Shown: piece by piece, positions 1-13,780 of the stretch
How the letters are laid out: the number at the start of each line of letters is the position of its first letter
How positions within the stretch are numbered: the first letter of the stretch is position 1
Origin: Lingula anatina
Taxonomy: Eukaryota; Animalia; Brachiopoda
Assembly (NCBI GenBank): GCA_051362555.1
Contig: CM120643.1
Coordinates: forward strand, 21,952,848 to 22,016,847
DNA: 64,000 bases
Direction of reading: 5' to 3'
Program-made: the position numbers and the translations under genes
The notes under the pieces: generated by a model
Database searches by the model: none
What the model was told of the DNA's origin: nothing
Seen by the model: the letters and a program-made list of their open reading frames with translations, nothing else

Positions 1-625
1 ATTTTTGAAACACACGCTGTACAATAGACTCCGTTCAGACATAAAGTGTGAAAGTGCAATGCCCTATAGATGCATAGATGGTCATTTATATATTCTGAGA
101 ATGTCATTATGTATCAATTTCTCTTATTTTGAATGACAAAATAATGATTTTATTCATTATAATATCCAACTTTAAATGGTGTTTTAGCAATTAGAATTGC
201 TACTTCTACATGTATCATAGACAGTTATGTCATGACTAGATAAGTTCACCCTGAAACCTCTATAAGGTAGACAATCGCATCAAACTGCCATGGGAAATGT
301 GTCATCTTCAGCAAAATGATCGATTTTTTTGTATAGGTACACATTTATATTGAAATCTTTTGTTCAAGATGGATGTAGCTTTCTTCAGCTGGCATTTAAC
401 AACGAAATATTCCAAAAATGTAGACAAGCATGAGTAATAGTCATAAATCTACATGCAAAACTGCCAGTGCTACACTACAAGTGGTACACTGCACATGCAT
501 TAGGGTGTGAGATGTTGCATTTTAAATACATGTACGCGATAGACAATTACATATCTGAAAATGAATGAATGAAAATGATATTTTAGCAGTGTGCCACTTT
601 ATTGTTTTTGTTTTATTATAACTTT

Positions 626-907
626 TGTGACGAAGTTATTGGCTTGTCTTCGTCATGTTACGCGGGGTAGTAAATACAACTCAGATATTATCTTTCTTAT
701 TATTTATTGAACTACTGTCCAGTTATTACCCGCGCCGCTTCCTTCATCTCTATTCCTACCTCATGCAATCTCTAGCGGCCTTCTCCCTGTTTACACTATA
801 TAAGCGCAGTTGTATAAATACCATAAGAGCATGTCAATCAACTTAAGTTACTATACTAAACACTCCCCGCTCTTATTCGCTGCATGCTGTCACTAACTGA
901 CATTACA
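626..907 (-). repeat. 3' LTR
   Basis: TGTGACGAAG...GACATTACA; matches 5012-5289 with about 4 substitutions and one 4-bp indel by eye. Confidence 0.9.
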
Positions 908-3900
908 TTATCTCCCGGGGACGATATGCCTGTCCCTAGGCATATTTAAAATTAAAATATACATTAATTAAAATAAACTTTCTTAAACACTGCATTTGTC
1001 TTTTACCATAAATTCATGCAAAACAAAACTAAGTACATAGATTTTGTATTATAAACCTACGATAAGATAGAAATGCATTTGACATGAAACCCAAAATATA
1101 ACTCAAAGGAAGATAGATTGACAACTCTTCAGAAAATATGGTTGTTCGTGGATGTGCATTTACATGTTGTCATGTGTGGCCCAAGAGTACAGATATTTTT
1201 ATTTGTTTTCTCCGCGCAGATGTTTAAATCTGTTACTCTCTTATTATGGCTCTGACACATTTTATTATATAGTTTCTCTCTTTTGTTTGCCATATGGGAT
1301 GTTCTTGGGATGCACTACGTGAGACAATTGGGTTAGCTACTCCCTGCCGAAGAAACAGCATTCACCACACAACGTTGCGACCAGCGCATCGTTGATGACG
1401 AAGTACCTGTTCAACTTCATATTTATCCACACAGTAGCGCTCTCTTTTGATGACTATAAGAGAAACAACCGTTTTATATCAAACCCAATCCACGATTAAA
1501 CAAAAAACATACCGAAAAATAATTAAGTAAGAATCTTCCTTAATGCATATCAACAGTTTCACGTCATCATCTTTATAAAAGTTAAGTACACTGTTCCTAT
1601 ACCAATAACTGTATAGTTAAATATCAATAACTAATAACTATAAGACCGAAAAACTGAATATAGATATACTTTTCCTAAGTCGCGTGTTTAATATTCAATA
1701 CACAATATTTAACATTTTCTTATAACCACATGCAATAACATATAACTCAAAGTTAACCAATAAAATCTCAAGTTCATTTCCCACAAATGAAAAGTTCCAT
1801 TTGGTATGGTCCGTTACATCCTCCATTTTTGAATTTTAGCACGAAAGTTCAGTTAGCATATAATGTCAAATCCGTCCTTCTAGACAGTGCATAGCGATTG
1901 TCATCTGCCACTCATTGTATATGGATAAACGTCTTATTCGCGCACGTGTAGATAAATGTTCACAGTTTCCTGTATATCCACGAATGTCCATGTCCAGCGT
2001 TTACGAATATATCCAAAATGAATGAAGCAGAAATGCATGTCAAGAAAAACTTAACTACATATATTATAACAATCATCATCAAACTTGAATACATTCACAT
2101 TTAACAGGCAAGATTTTAACATGCCATAGTATTATTCATCCAAAAGATTATGATACCAATAAAACATATATGGAACCATGCTAATAATACAATAATATGT
2201 CTAATAATAATAATACTTATGCTAATAATAAAAATAATAATAACGCAATCTGGCGTCCCAGATGCTAGTATTTATATGACGTCATGCGCACACTTTTATA
2301 CCTCAACTCCAAATATTCAGTTATCCATAACCACATTGATATCCGTCACATCTTAATAATTTTATTCATCACAATATATCAAATAATATCCAAATATGGC
2401 CATTTATCCTTGCATCATTTATTCTCATTAACTTATTCGTTTCACTCGATCTTTTGATTGCCAATATAACCACATTATCAACTGACAAGATCATTTAAAG
2501 AAGATCATTGAAATGCCAGTGATTAGGACTTTAATTAAGGCAATTTGTCGAGAAACTATTCTCCAATTTTATTCTTCGCAACCCGAAAACATAATTTTAT
2601 TGAAGGGACTTCCAATAAGGTAGATTAATCATAATCTTAATATTTGCTTGTCACCTTCAAAGGTGCATGTGCACTTTCGACGATGTTTGACATTGCAAGG
2701 GGGTAGTGGGCGAAACAGAAGGGGTATTCTTATGAAAAGAATTATGATTCATCATCTGAAATTACGCAGACTGTAAGTCCAGGAGCCCTAAACCGAAACA
2801 AAGTGCAATAATAATTAGTATTGCCTGAAATTAAGGTGAATGCCATTTAGGTGTCATATCCTGTAAAAGAAAATTAAAAACTCGTTATGATGGATATTAA
2901 AATTACAAGGGTAGACGAAAAACGAAAAATTCATTTGCTGCCTCGATAACCTGGAAAAAAAACTATTTTATCAATATTGATTAGTGCAACATTATGGTTC
3001 AAGTCAACAACAAATTATTTCCAAATGCAGTTTTCCGTCTTGTCACGAATTTTTAACAGTGAAGTGAGATACCTCAGCTGTTGGAATCTCTTCAAACATT
3101 CCGCAACCTGTATAAATTCTTAAGGTCAATAGATGCATAAAATGTAAACGGAAATTAATTTACTCAATAAACATAAGACGTATCAAAAGATGGATAATGT
3201 TTACATTTATCTAAATTAGCAGGTATCGGAAAATATAAGACATACAAAATATATTCACCAAACAAATTTTACGTGTTGTTTTATAACAAGTCTACAACCA
3301 ATTCGAATTATTTCTTTAATCAATACTCACACTTACTTACGTGAATCTTTTTCGGAATCTGAGGGAAAATGAGGGACAACCATATCGCCGTTGAACTCCT
3401 AATAGTATTGTCCTAGAAAACACTTAGCGTACATGTTTAAAAACAAACGTCAAAGGCATTGAAATTTAAGAGCATCTTTTAATAATTTCCATAAAAAATA
3501 TTAATGACATTACTTTAAGATAGTCTCTTTACAAATATCTTAATTCTATCCAATTAGAATTCAACTTCTTCACGTTTGCTACTCCCATCTTACTGTCTGT
3601 TTTAAACAGGCGTGTTCTATTTCATTGACACACGACTTAGTATATTTTCTTCCTTTCCTTTACTCTTATGTTATTCACTTTAATGTCGCCTCGTTTAATT
3701 TTTAATTGGATCCCTAATATTCTAACCAAAAGGGAATCCATTTCCACTAAATAAGATACTGTGCTTCAACTTTTTATCTGACGCGACCTCGTAAGGCTTC
3801 TACTTTAAATAATTCATCAGTGGTCTGGGACAAATTTGCTTGTCCTGCAGTCTCATTTCCTCGTTTTTCTTCATTTTTTTATTTTTTCTTACTCTCTTTG

Positions 3901-5011
3901 TTTATGGGCAAAGTTAGCAACGAACCCTGGAGTTATTTTGGAGGAACTTTCCTTGTCAAACATTCAACACAAGAACGAACATAATGACATCTGTAAATGA
4001 CCTTTTCCAAAAAATACTTCGTGTGCGTAATGGTAACTACGTGTTCTAAATAACCTTATGACCGATTGCATTGTCGTGTAAACTAGACAAAACTTTGTAC
4101 TCTAACTTGTCTGAAAAACAAGTTGCAAAGAACCTCCTGGGTGGGGTGATTTTCTGCCATCAATTATCACGTTATCTCCTATCTCTAACAACAAGAAGCC
4201 GAGCGACTTTGCAACTAAGTAGAAGTTCGTCTAATGTCAAGTATGTGATAATTGACGCAAAATTCTTATCTTTACGCTGGAGTTTTTAAAACAATTGCTC
4301 TTTAAAACAAATGCCTCGCAATCTTGACATTTTGACAACGTCATATTTTTGTCACCTTTCTCTAACTGTTAAAAGCATTCCAGACCTTGAAATTCATAGC
4401 CACTCTGTTTTAATTTAAAGTAAAGTACTTGTGTCTAACATATGTATTCTGTTCAAACATGCATCATTAAAAAAACTGTGCAGGGTCATTATGCTTTTCT
4501 AAGTCTTATTCTTCAACGTTTCCCTCATGGTAAGGGCGGCGGCTAATCGCGTCTACATTCGCGAGGTGTTTACCTTTACTCTGCTTAATTGAAATCTGTT
4601 AGGGGATAAATTCAATAACCAATAATTCACTACTTCTAGAAATTCGATTACATTCAAATGGGCATGGAATTTTGGCACTGCCTTACACTTTGTCAACGCG
4701 AATATCAGTTACTGAAACTATATACCCTTAATACCTGACCTCTTCTCGCGCAATGAAACTATTCAGATAATGCTAAGTTTGCATTACTCAGCCTTCGTAA
4801 AACTATGTTTACCTCACTAAGGCAATATTTGAAATTGTGGCTGGCTACCATAAATTCATCTATATATCGCAAAAAGCATTTTCTAAAATAATCGTTTAAA
4901 GCAATTGTCTTGTGTTCGCCTGCTTATTTTTGTCCGGTGATCGTTCTCTCTCTTTCCGACAAGACTCATGATGTCAAACATCTATGTTTATATTTTGCAT
5001 CCTCCACCATT

Positions 5012-5289
5012 TGTGACGAAGTTATTGGCTTGTCTTCGTCATGTTACGCGAGGTAGCAAATACAACTCAGATATTATCTTTCTTATTATTTATTGAACTA
5101 CTGTCCAGTTATTACCCGCGCCACTTCCTTCATCTCTATTCCTACCTCATGCAATCTCTAGCGGCCTTCTCCCTGTTTACACTAAGCGCAGTTGTATAAA
5201 TACCATAAGAGCATGTCAATCAACTTAAGTTACTCTACTAAACACTCCCCGCTCTTATTCGCTGCATGCTGTCACTAACTGACATTACA
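5012..5289 (-). repeat. 5' LTR
   Basis: Second copy of the LTR, adjacent to the PBS on the minus strand. Confidence 0.9.
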
Positions 5290-5852
5290 CTTTTTATAAT
5301 ACGCAAATTACACTATCCTTGTAATATAATGCACTTTCCTCATTGAATATTTTGCTTATTATTTAAGCTTTATTTTATTTTAATTTTTCTATTGTCTAAG
5401 CACTCTAGAATGCTACCATGTGCGTATTTTAAGTTTATTCCTTGGAGTACAAAAAATACATAAATTGATTATGTTAAAAGAAAATATTTTTGTTCCCACA
5501 AATATATTTTTATTATTAACTATAACAAATATTTTTGTTATAGTTGATTATGAGTGTAAAAACATAATTTGAAATGTCTTATTTGGCTTGTCACACTGTA
5601 AATTTGTGTTTTTACACATTGATCTAAAATACCAGCAGATTCAGTTGCCTGTTTTCCAACTTTTTATTTATTAAATCTTATTGTATTCACACAACGTACT
5701 CTTTTTACATTGTGATGACACCGATGATAGGAAACTGAGGGCCCGTGTAAAATGAATAAAAAGTAAATTTCAATTGAAAATAAATTGTAAACAACATGAT
5801 AAAAACACTACTGCAACAGCTAGATCTCCAACTGTAACCTTCAACTATGTTA

Positions 5853-6186
5853 GGGACCATTCAGATTAAGAAGAGCCAAGTGCTAGTAAGTTCGCGACCT
5901 AAATATGGCGGACCTACATGAAATGAAGACCGCTTAATCCTGCAATGGTCTATCCGCCACTCCCACGCCTCCCCACGCGTCGTCCCTGTAGTGCACAGTT
6001 ATTAAATCTCAGCTCAATTTAACCGGTCGAGGGACAACGCGTGGGGAGGCGTGTAAGAGGCGGAGAGACTCTTCTCGATGTGAATGCTCTCCATCACAGG
6101 ATTAAGTGGTCTTTCTTTCATGTAGGTCCGCCATATTTAGGTCCCAGCCTTACTAGCACTTGGCTCTTCTCAATATTAATGGTCCC
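5853..6186. mobile_element. Tourist/PIF-Harbinger-like MITE
   Basis: ~95-bp imperfect TIRs (GGGACCATT...AATGGTCCC) with TTA on both sides (5850-5852, 6187-6189). Absent from the homologous upstream region of dioxygenase copy 2. Confidence 0.85.
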
Positions 6187-6270
6187 TTACTTTGTAGCCA
6201 AACCATTTAATACAAGGAAACGTGGTAAACATTTGCACACATTTGCTGGCAGTAGTACACGAGTAACAGA

Positions 6271-6928
6271 ATGGGAGAATCTGTAAGGACGACTGACGGG
6301 ACAGGTAACTTTTGTTTTTAAGTGATAATGACCTGTCAATATAAAGATTCAAGATATTTTATTTTAGTCTCACTCATGTAAAAAGAAATAAAAAATTAGA
6401 AGCAGTTAACTATGGCAGTTCTATATAGAACGGTGAGAGACTGAATATCCCTTGAAATATACGTTATTTAGAGCATTATTTATAGATAACTATTTATCTC
6501 TCCTTAATTCTAAAATGGGCATCAACTCTTGGCAACTAAATTAACCATGTTATCATTACTAATCATAAATAAAAAGTTGTTCTGATCATTTAAAAGATCA
6601 AAAAAGCAATTTTAAATAAAATTCAACACGTTTATCAGTAAAAAATGACAGTTACGTAGAAGGTGGACCTCTTCCTTAATACACCCAAATTCACATAAAG
6701 GGCATGTTCTTTCCACAATAGCTAATTTTTCATATCAATCAGTTTTTATTGGAAGTGAAGCAACCCCACACATCATCTTAGCAAGTACCCTTCGTTGATT
6801 ATATATCTAAGTATATGTAGCACCTTACGTCGTGACAGACGTGCATTCAAACCAGTGACAGTTAGCACATTTACAAATGTCTGCAACTGTACGCAAACTG
6901 TTTATTTAAATTTATTATAGTGTGTGTA

Positions 6929-6980
<52 letters not shown>

Positions 6981-9974
6981 GGGAGAAACTGTAGGATCGC
7001 GTGTGTCTCTGAACATGCTTGCTTGCGTGTTGTGATTTCTCTGTGAAGATAAGTGTAAAATCTGTTGTTATCTCTATGCATGATGATATGTTCACTAGTA
7101 AATGTGTCTTACTAAGAGACATGCATTCAAAATTTTAGGCTATCAGTATACAGATAACTTTGACGTTACTGACGAAGTGAAAGAGCAGTTTGACAGGGAT
7201 GGTTTTATTATATTGCGGTAAGGCAATGAACAGTTTCGAAACTTTCCCCTCTTCCTTGCATGATTAACGAGTTTTCCTAAATGGAAGTTGAAATAACTAT
7301 CCAACATCAGCACCTCCCCCTGCACACATTTTATGCTAGTGAATATTCGCATCGAACATTTCGATATTTAAAATTACATGTTGTCTGATGTAAACCGAGT
7401 TTATTAACACACATACGCACTGCGTGTTATTATTTGATAAATACAGAATGTAATCTTACATATATATCCGGTAAAGTGAAGGCTGATAAAATTCATAATG
7501 ACAGATGACGCCATCGCCAAACATGATATTGTATGCATCGTTATGCATGATAACGTTATCGCCGAATTTTTTTGTACCAATCACGGAAAAAAAGACACAT
7601 TTGCGTCTGATCTTGAAAGACATTGACATTCAGGCAGCACTTGAACCTCTTTAACTCAATTATGTCTTTGCATTCAGGAATTTTTTAGACACCGAAGAGG
7701 TGGCTACTTTAAGAACGACCCTGGAGCAAGACAAGACCCTGGAGGACAATTACTATACCAGGGACGATGGGGAAGGTAATCAGTCCAAAATGGCCACCTG
7801 GAAGCACCCTGTGGATGACATAACCGGGATGATTGGGAGGAGTGATAAAGCTGCCGGTACCGTGGAAAAGGTAGCTACATAGGCCTCTTAGCCTTTGTCG
7901 ACTGTCGTTCATTTTTCCTCTGATGTTAAATCATTATTTCACTGCATAAATTGTTTTACCTAATACATGTACCAGGCCTTAGTCTTTACATTTTTGAAGG
8001 AAAATTCACAAAGTGTGTTATTCAATTAATCTTATTTAGACTGCCAGGCTTCAATATTCAGTTAAGATACTGAGATTATCAATCTCTGTGGAAATTTGGC
8101 GTCCATAAAGCCTATCAATTAAATTTTGTATATTCGGTAAGCAAACAAATAAAAAATTCCAAACTTTGATTCCAGATTTTAGGGGGAGAGGTTTATCAAT
8201 ATCACGCCAAAGTCGTCATGAAAGAACCGTTCACAGGGGGTGCATTTGTATGGCACCAGGATTACGGGTAAAAATTTACAGGACCCTATTTGTTATTATT
8301 TTGATACTATTTTGATATAACATGTGTCATCGCACATTGCACAAACCTGTACGTTGCCAAGGTAAAAATTTAAAGAGCGTACAGCCAGTATAGACTACAG
8401 CTGTCCAGTAACGACCTTTACGTACTGCATCACTCGCATTCGCATTACTATCACAAAGAGGAGGCTGCGTATATCTTTTCAAAGAAAGCAAAGACATACT
8501 GCAAGTTAGTTCTCTCTGGTTATGCATTTTGACCATTGAGCATTAGCTGATCATTAGCTGCACAAGCTGTTGAGTCGACATTTTAGGTTTCAGTTAGAAA
8601 CAGTACCATTTAGGTCAAAATGATGCCATAACAAAATTTAGAAAAGGCATTTGCTGTTAGAGGAGTTTTTAATCCTGCTAATTGCTATTTCCAGTGATTG
8701 GTACCATTACGGCAACTTGTTTCCAGACATGGCTACTGTGTGGATTGCTGTGGACAGAGCAGACAGGACAAACGGGTGTCTGCAGGTAATGAAACACGAG
8801 TTGTATGTACATGTAGATATCATTAATATTCTCAGAATCCATCAAGGTGAATGCTGATGCCAATGTTCAATTCTATACAAAGAATGATTCAAAAGCATGG
8901 AATATTGATGTCTCTGCAGTCCGTAAAGGAAGCAAAGGTTACTCCTACTTTTGGTAAAAAATTTAGAACATGGTGTGAATTAGCAACACTTATATTGCAT
9001 ATTTATTTCCCGTTCATATTTAGGTGACACCACCAGCTACTCTTATTGTTTTTTCCTATAAAGAATGTGCATATAGTGACGTCCGCTAACTTCATACACG
9101 CAAAGACAAGTACCTTTCAAACCTATTCCTACATGTCCTCCACTGTATATATTACACCAAAGAGACTATATTTAATCACCACATCCTTTATATACATGCA
9201 GATACTACTTGGCTCCCATCAAGCTGGGCGACTGGAGCAGGTGAAAGTCGGTGAACAAACAGGGGCTGACCCGGAACGCGTAGAACTCCTTGCCAAACTC
9301 TGCCCCTTGACCTACGTCCAGCTTGACCCTGGAGACGCTCTGTTTTTCCACTGCAATCTGCTCCATCGAAGTGACCAGAATCACAGCCAGAACCGCCGTT
9401 GGGCTTACCTTGTCTGCTATAACCGTGCATCCAATGACCCAGTGTATAAACATCACCATCCTAACTACACGCCCCTGATTAAGGTGGGCATAGTACAATC
9501 AAACGTTTTTTTTTTTTTCAGTTTCATTCATTTTAATGATTAAAATCTCACCATTTCACTATTTTATTCACTTTTTTATTTGTTGGTTCTGCCTTTCTTC
9601 TTTAGCTGACAATAACTGATTTTATGATTTTGGTATATTTTAAATTCGCCAGTAATCACAACATTGACAAAATATGAAGGTTCCTTTCTCCATTTATTTA
9701 TGCAAGCAATTTCACTCTCGTAAACTACTGTACTGTTCCTGTCAGAAAAGTGTTTGACGTAAAATGCAACAAATCCATTACGAAGAATTAGCAATTGATG
9801 TGCAATTAGCAATTTATTTCATAATAACATAATATTGTTATTGCTTATGTCAAGGTACAGAATAGCAGAATTAAGGAATGTGGCATCAAAACACCCACTG
9901 AAGGAAAACTATTTTTTCATGGACCGAAAAGAGAGCGTGACCCTGCTATGGAAGTGCTAGAGAGGAAGGCCTAA
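6271..9974 (+). CDS. PhyH-family Fe(II)/2OG dioxygenase (proline-4-hydroxylase/ectoine hydroxylase-like), copy 1; 7 exons, ~296 aa
   Basis: Exons 6271-6304, 7139-7217, 7678-7870, 8176-8267, 8695-8785, 9202-9483, 9855-9974, all GT-AG and in frame (891 nt). Motifs [14 protein letters not shown] (HxD), [32 protein letters not shown] (distal His and 2OG-binding Arg). Confidence 0.9.
6918..6978. repeat. (TG)n/(AG)n compound microsatellite
   Basis: Visible dinucleotide runs in intron 1 of copy 1. Confidence 0.9.
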
Positions 9975-11464
9975 ACAGCCTAAACTTCAGTATATTTTAA
10001 TACTTTATTCAGACATCGATTAATTATGAGACACAATGTTACCATATGTGCTAAATGGTTTTCATTTTATTAACGTTCTGATGACAAAGACATTTTTTGT
10101 TTTGAATCTTTCTTATTACATATCAGTAACATATCAGACGGTTAGGATCAAAGAGACAGTGCACTGGTGCCAGCATTTTACATACACACGTGAATACTTT
10201 TGTTGAATCTAAATTTACTTTGAAAGAAGTAAACCTGATCCTCCCGTGATAAACACCCCTTCCTCGTCCCAACCTGGAACTCTGAACTAGTACACACGAT
10301 GTACTATAAAAAATGTGCCCAATCTGAACCGTAGGTTAAATGTTTTTATCTAAGGGCTCGTGCATCATAGTTGGGAGGAACTTTCAACAAACAGTTATGA
10401 TCAGGGATCTACTTACAAAACGGTTATTGCTTTACTACATATAGTAAGGTTATATACTCTACTTATACTTGTATGATCCCGCTGATATAAATGGCTACTA
10501 AAATATTGTAAACGAGTCAGCGATACAATACTTTTGTATAAGACTACTAGCACACTCTATGAGCAGAGAGTAACATGTATGCAAGATGTCCGATTGAAAT
10601 ATACATGTTTATTCTGATTTTGTTTCAAAATATATAGTATTTTAGCAAAGCACCACATAACTTTTCTTGTTACAATTATTTTTTGAAACGTTAAGGAGTC
10701 CACTACATCTGCAGCCCTTGTGATATTATGCTTTTTTCCTTTTTTTATTTCACTAAATGTGCTTCATTAAATATTTTGCTTCTAATTTAAGCTTCTTTTA
10801 GTTGATTTTTCTATTTCGGATGTACTTTAAAATACCACGTTTAGCTTAATTTAAGTTTATTCGTTGGGGAATCTATCATACAGCAATGAATACGTGAACT
10901 GATTATGTTTAAATAAAATGTTTTTGTTCTCGCTGCTTACATTAAGGCAACCTGTACAGCAGGAACAATATTTTTTGTTGACACCCCGGGTTTCACTACG
11001 AACCTGGCTTCATTTGATCAGACAATTCACATCAGAATTATAGTGGGCAACATATAACATCATAAGTTTGTTTGACGTGATTGGACGCCCCTCTTCACTC
11101 ACAGTTAAGTCCATTTCAACCTCCTTTATTACGACCAACTGTTTTTAAAATAACATAAAAATAAATACGGTGACTGAGCTTATTAACTCCTTCAGGTATT
11201 ACTGTTATAAAATTGATTTTTCTTTTTTAGCAAAATTGATTCGAGTAAGCAATAAGCCAAAGGCTCAGCTAGTCAATTTATGCAACCATTTATATTCTAT
11301 TTAACAGTTGGTCATACTAAAAGATACCACAATTTATGTTATTATTAATTCTCGAAACGAATCTTATAATGAATACGATATACATGTAATTAAGGTAACC
11401 CCGAACACACACTCACGCACGCAGGCAGGCAGATACACACACACACACACACACATACACGCAG

Positions 11465-11503
<39 letters not shown>

Positions 11504-11847
11504 TTTCAATAAATGGTGCATACAGAACTAGTACCGATACAGGTGTACAGTAAGAAAACAAACCTTCATAACAGAAGTCATCCCTCTGTCTAAGCATACA
11601 TGTATGGTGGTAAGTTGATAGAAATTAATCTACAACTGTAAATAAAACCGCGAACGCGTTGAGTTTGTCAAAATGACAAAAGCACCGTTTTAAACAATCA
11701 TTTACAATACCAGAAGATTTTATGTCTTCTGTTCCAACGTTTTATTTTTCAATCTCCTTGCATTCACGCAACGCACTACTTGTACATTGTAATAAAAATT
11801 ATGGTAAAAAAATTCAGCACCCACATAACATGATAAACATGTAAATG

Positions 11848-12764
11848 GCAGAGAGACAGACAAGACAGAAGGATGTCTGCAGGTAATGAAACACAAGTTC
11901 TAATGTGACGAGCATTCACTAAATCCATCAAGATGGGTGTTGATACCAATGCTCATTTCTGTACAAAGTGTACGGAGAGCAATTAAAATCTTTGAAATCT
12001 TGATGGTTTCTGTGTAATCCCTAAAGGAACCATTGTATCCAATTGTGTTTCTGTAGAAAATGTGTAAAAGTTATTGCATGTTAATTTGCTGAAATTTATA
12101 GGACACGTCTAGTTTGTTCCTTTTGTGTGTGTGTGTACAGAAACTGCATGGTGATGTACCCTAATTTCATGTATATATTGCTAAAGGCGAGTCAGAAAAA
12201 TACATCGTCAATCCATTTCTACCAGGGAAACCATGTGTCCGGTCTTGCGTAGTTTACGGTAAAAAGTCTTATCACGCAATTTTTCCAAACATGCAGATAC
12301 TGCCATCGTGCTGGACGAGTAAAACACGTGAAAGTCGGTGACCAAGTAGGGGCCGGTCTGGAACGCTCAGAGTTCCTGACCAAAGTCTGCCCCTTGACAC
12401 ACGTCCAGCTTGACCCTGGAGACGCCCTGTTATTCCACTGCAACCTGCTTCATCGAAGTGACCAGAATCACAGCCAGAACCGCCGTTGTGCTTATCTTGT
12501 CTGCTATATCCGTGCATCCAATGTCCCAGTGTATAAACATCACTATCCCAACTACACGCCCCTGATTAAGGTGGGTATAATACATTCCAATATTATCATA
12601 GTTACGTTCATTTATCTCTCATTTGTCTCCGTTGTGCTTATCTTGTCTGCTATATCCGTGCATCCAATGTCCCAGTGTATAAACATCACTATCCCAACTA
12701 CACGCCCCTGATTAAGGTGGGTATAATACATTCCAATATTATCATAGTTACGTTGATTTATCTC
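11848..12764 (+). pseudogene. Truncated PhyH dioxygenase pseudogene (3' part of exon 5 plus exon 6)
   Basis: Exon-5 tail ...GACAAGACAGAAGGATGTCTGCAG|GT. Exon 6 starts at 12297 with an 8-nt frameshifting deletion that removes the GSH codons. No exons 1-4 or 7. 146-bp tandem duplication across the exon 6 donor (12483-12628, repeated from 12629). Confidence 0.85.
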
Positions 12765-13216
12765 CTGTTTTTATCATTTTTATATTTGTTCGTTACATTT
12801 GCATAATACACCACATTTTAAATGGAACTTAGCCTAATAGACCCTTGACGTCCATTTTACTATCAACTCTTTAACATTCATGTGACCTTTATATTGTTTT
12901 GTATAATGCATTACCTTTATGGACTAATTTTATTGCCTGCCCTTCTTTTTTAGCTGACAATTACGGAAGTTATTAATAGGCTCAGCTTATGTATTTATGC
13001 AATCATTTACATGTATATTGTATAAAACACTTTATCATAATAAAAACGCCACAATTTCCCCGACGAAGGAAATAAGTAAAAGGCTCAGCTAGTGTATTTA
13101 TGCAATCATTTACATGTTTAATATATATAAATGTTCCAAACACTAATAAAAATGCCACGATTTATGTCATAATTAAATCTTGTAACGAATCTTTTAATGT
13201 ATACAATTAAGATAAG

Positions 13217-13253
<37 letters not shown>

Positions 13254-13780
13254 TTCTATAAACCTAGAATCGATACAGGTGCATTCTTTTTATTAAAGTT
13301 TCTGATATTATGTAAAATGAAAGTACGCGTCTCGATAGCCAGGTCCTACAGTACACTGTATGTCTATACACAAGCCTGGTGGCTGATCAAAATTAGCCTC
13401 AACTTTAGACATAACCGCAAAAGTGTTGTTAAGTTTGTCAAACTGACAAATGCATCGTTTTTACACAATTACGTACATTGCCAGCAGATCAAGTTTTCTG
13501 TTCTGACATTTTATTTTTCAATCTTGTATTCACGCAACACACTACTTCTACATTATGATGGCAGCGATGTTAGGAAACTGAGGGCCCGTGATAAACACGA
13601 TATACAAGTAAATGCCAATTGAAAATATATTGTAAACAACATGATAAAAACACTACCACAACAGCTAGATCTCCATCTGTACATTATAACTATGTCAGTT
13701 GATATGTAGTCAAGTCATTTAATACAAGGAACGGTGGTTAACTTTCACACAGTTGCTTGCAGTGGTACACGAGTAACAGG

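Larger units (their letters stand above)
626..5289 (-). mobile_element. Degenerate Gypsy-like LTR retrotransposon, probably non-autonomous
   Basis: Near-identical ~280-bp direct repeats 626-907 and 5012-5289 with TG...CA ends. 4-bp TSD CTTT at 622-625 and 5290-5293. Minus-strand PBS TGGTGGAGGATGC next to the 5012 LTR, complementary to a tRNA-Ala-type 3' end (GCATCCTCCACCA). Purine-rich GGGAGATAA next to the other LTR. Frameshifted integrase Zn-finger remnants (HDNAIGH...YVRSCVECLTRK) at ~3945-4085 on minus; no long ORF. Confidence 0.9.

Noticed and set aside
9188-9498. Recurrent minus-strand ORFs (MHGYSRQG..., MFIHWVIG...) at each dioxygenase copy
   Set aside because: Antisense shadows of conserved exon 6; they recur only because the exon is duplicated.
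11308-11597. His/Thr- or Cys/Val-rich ORFs (also at 13197, 19839, 6871)
   Set aside because: Translations of (CA)n/(TG)n microsatellites.
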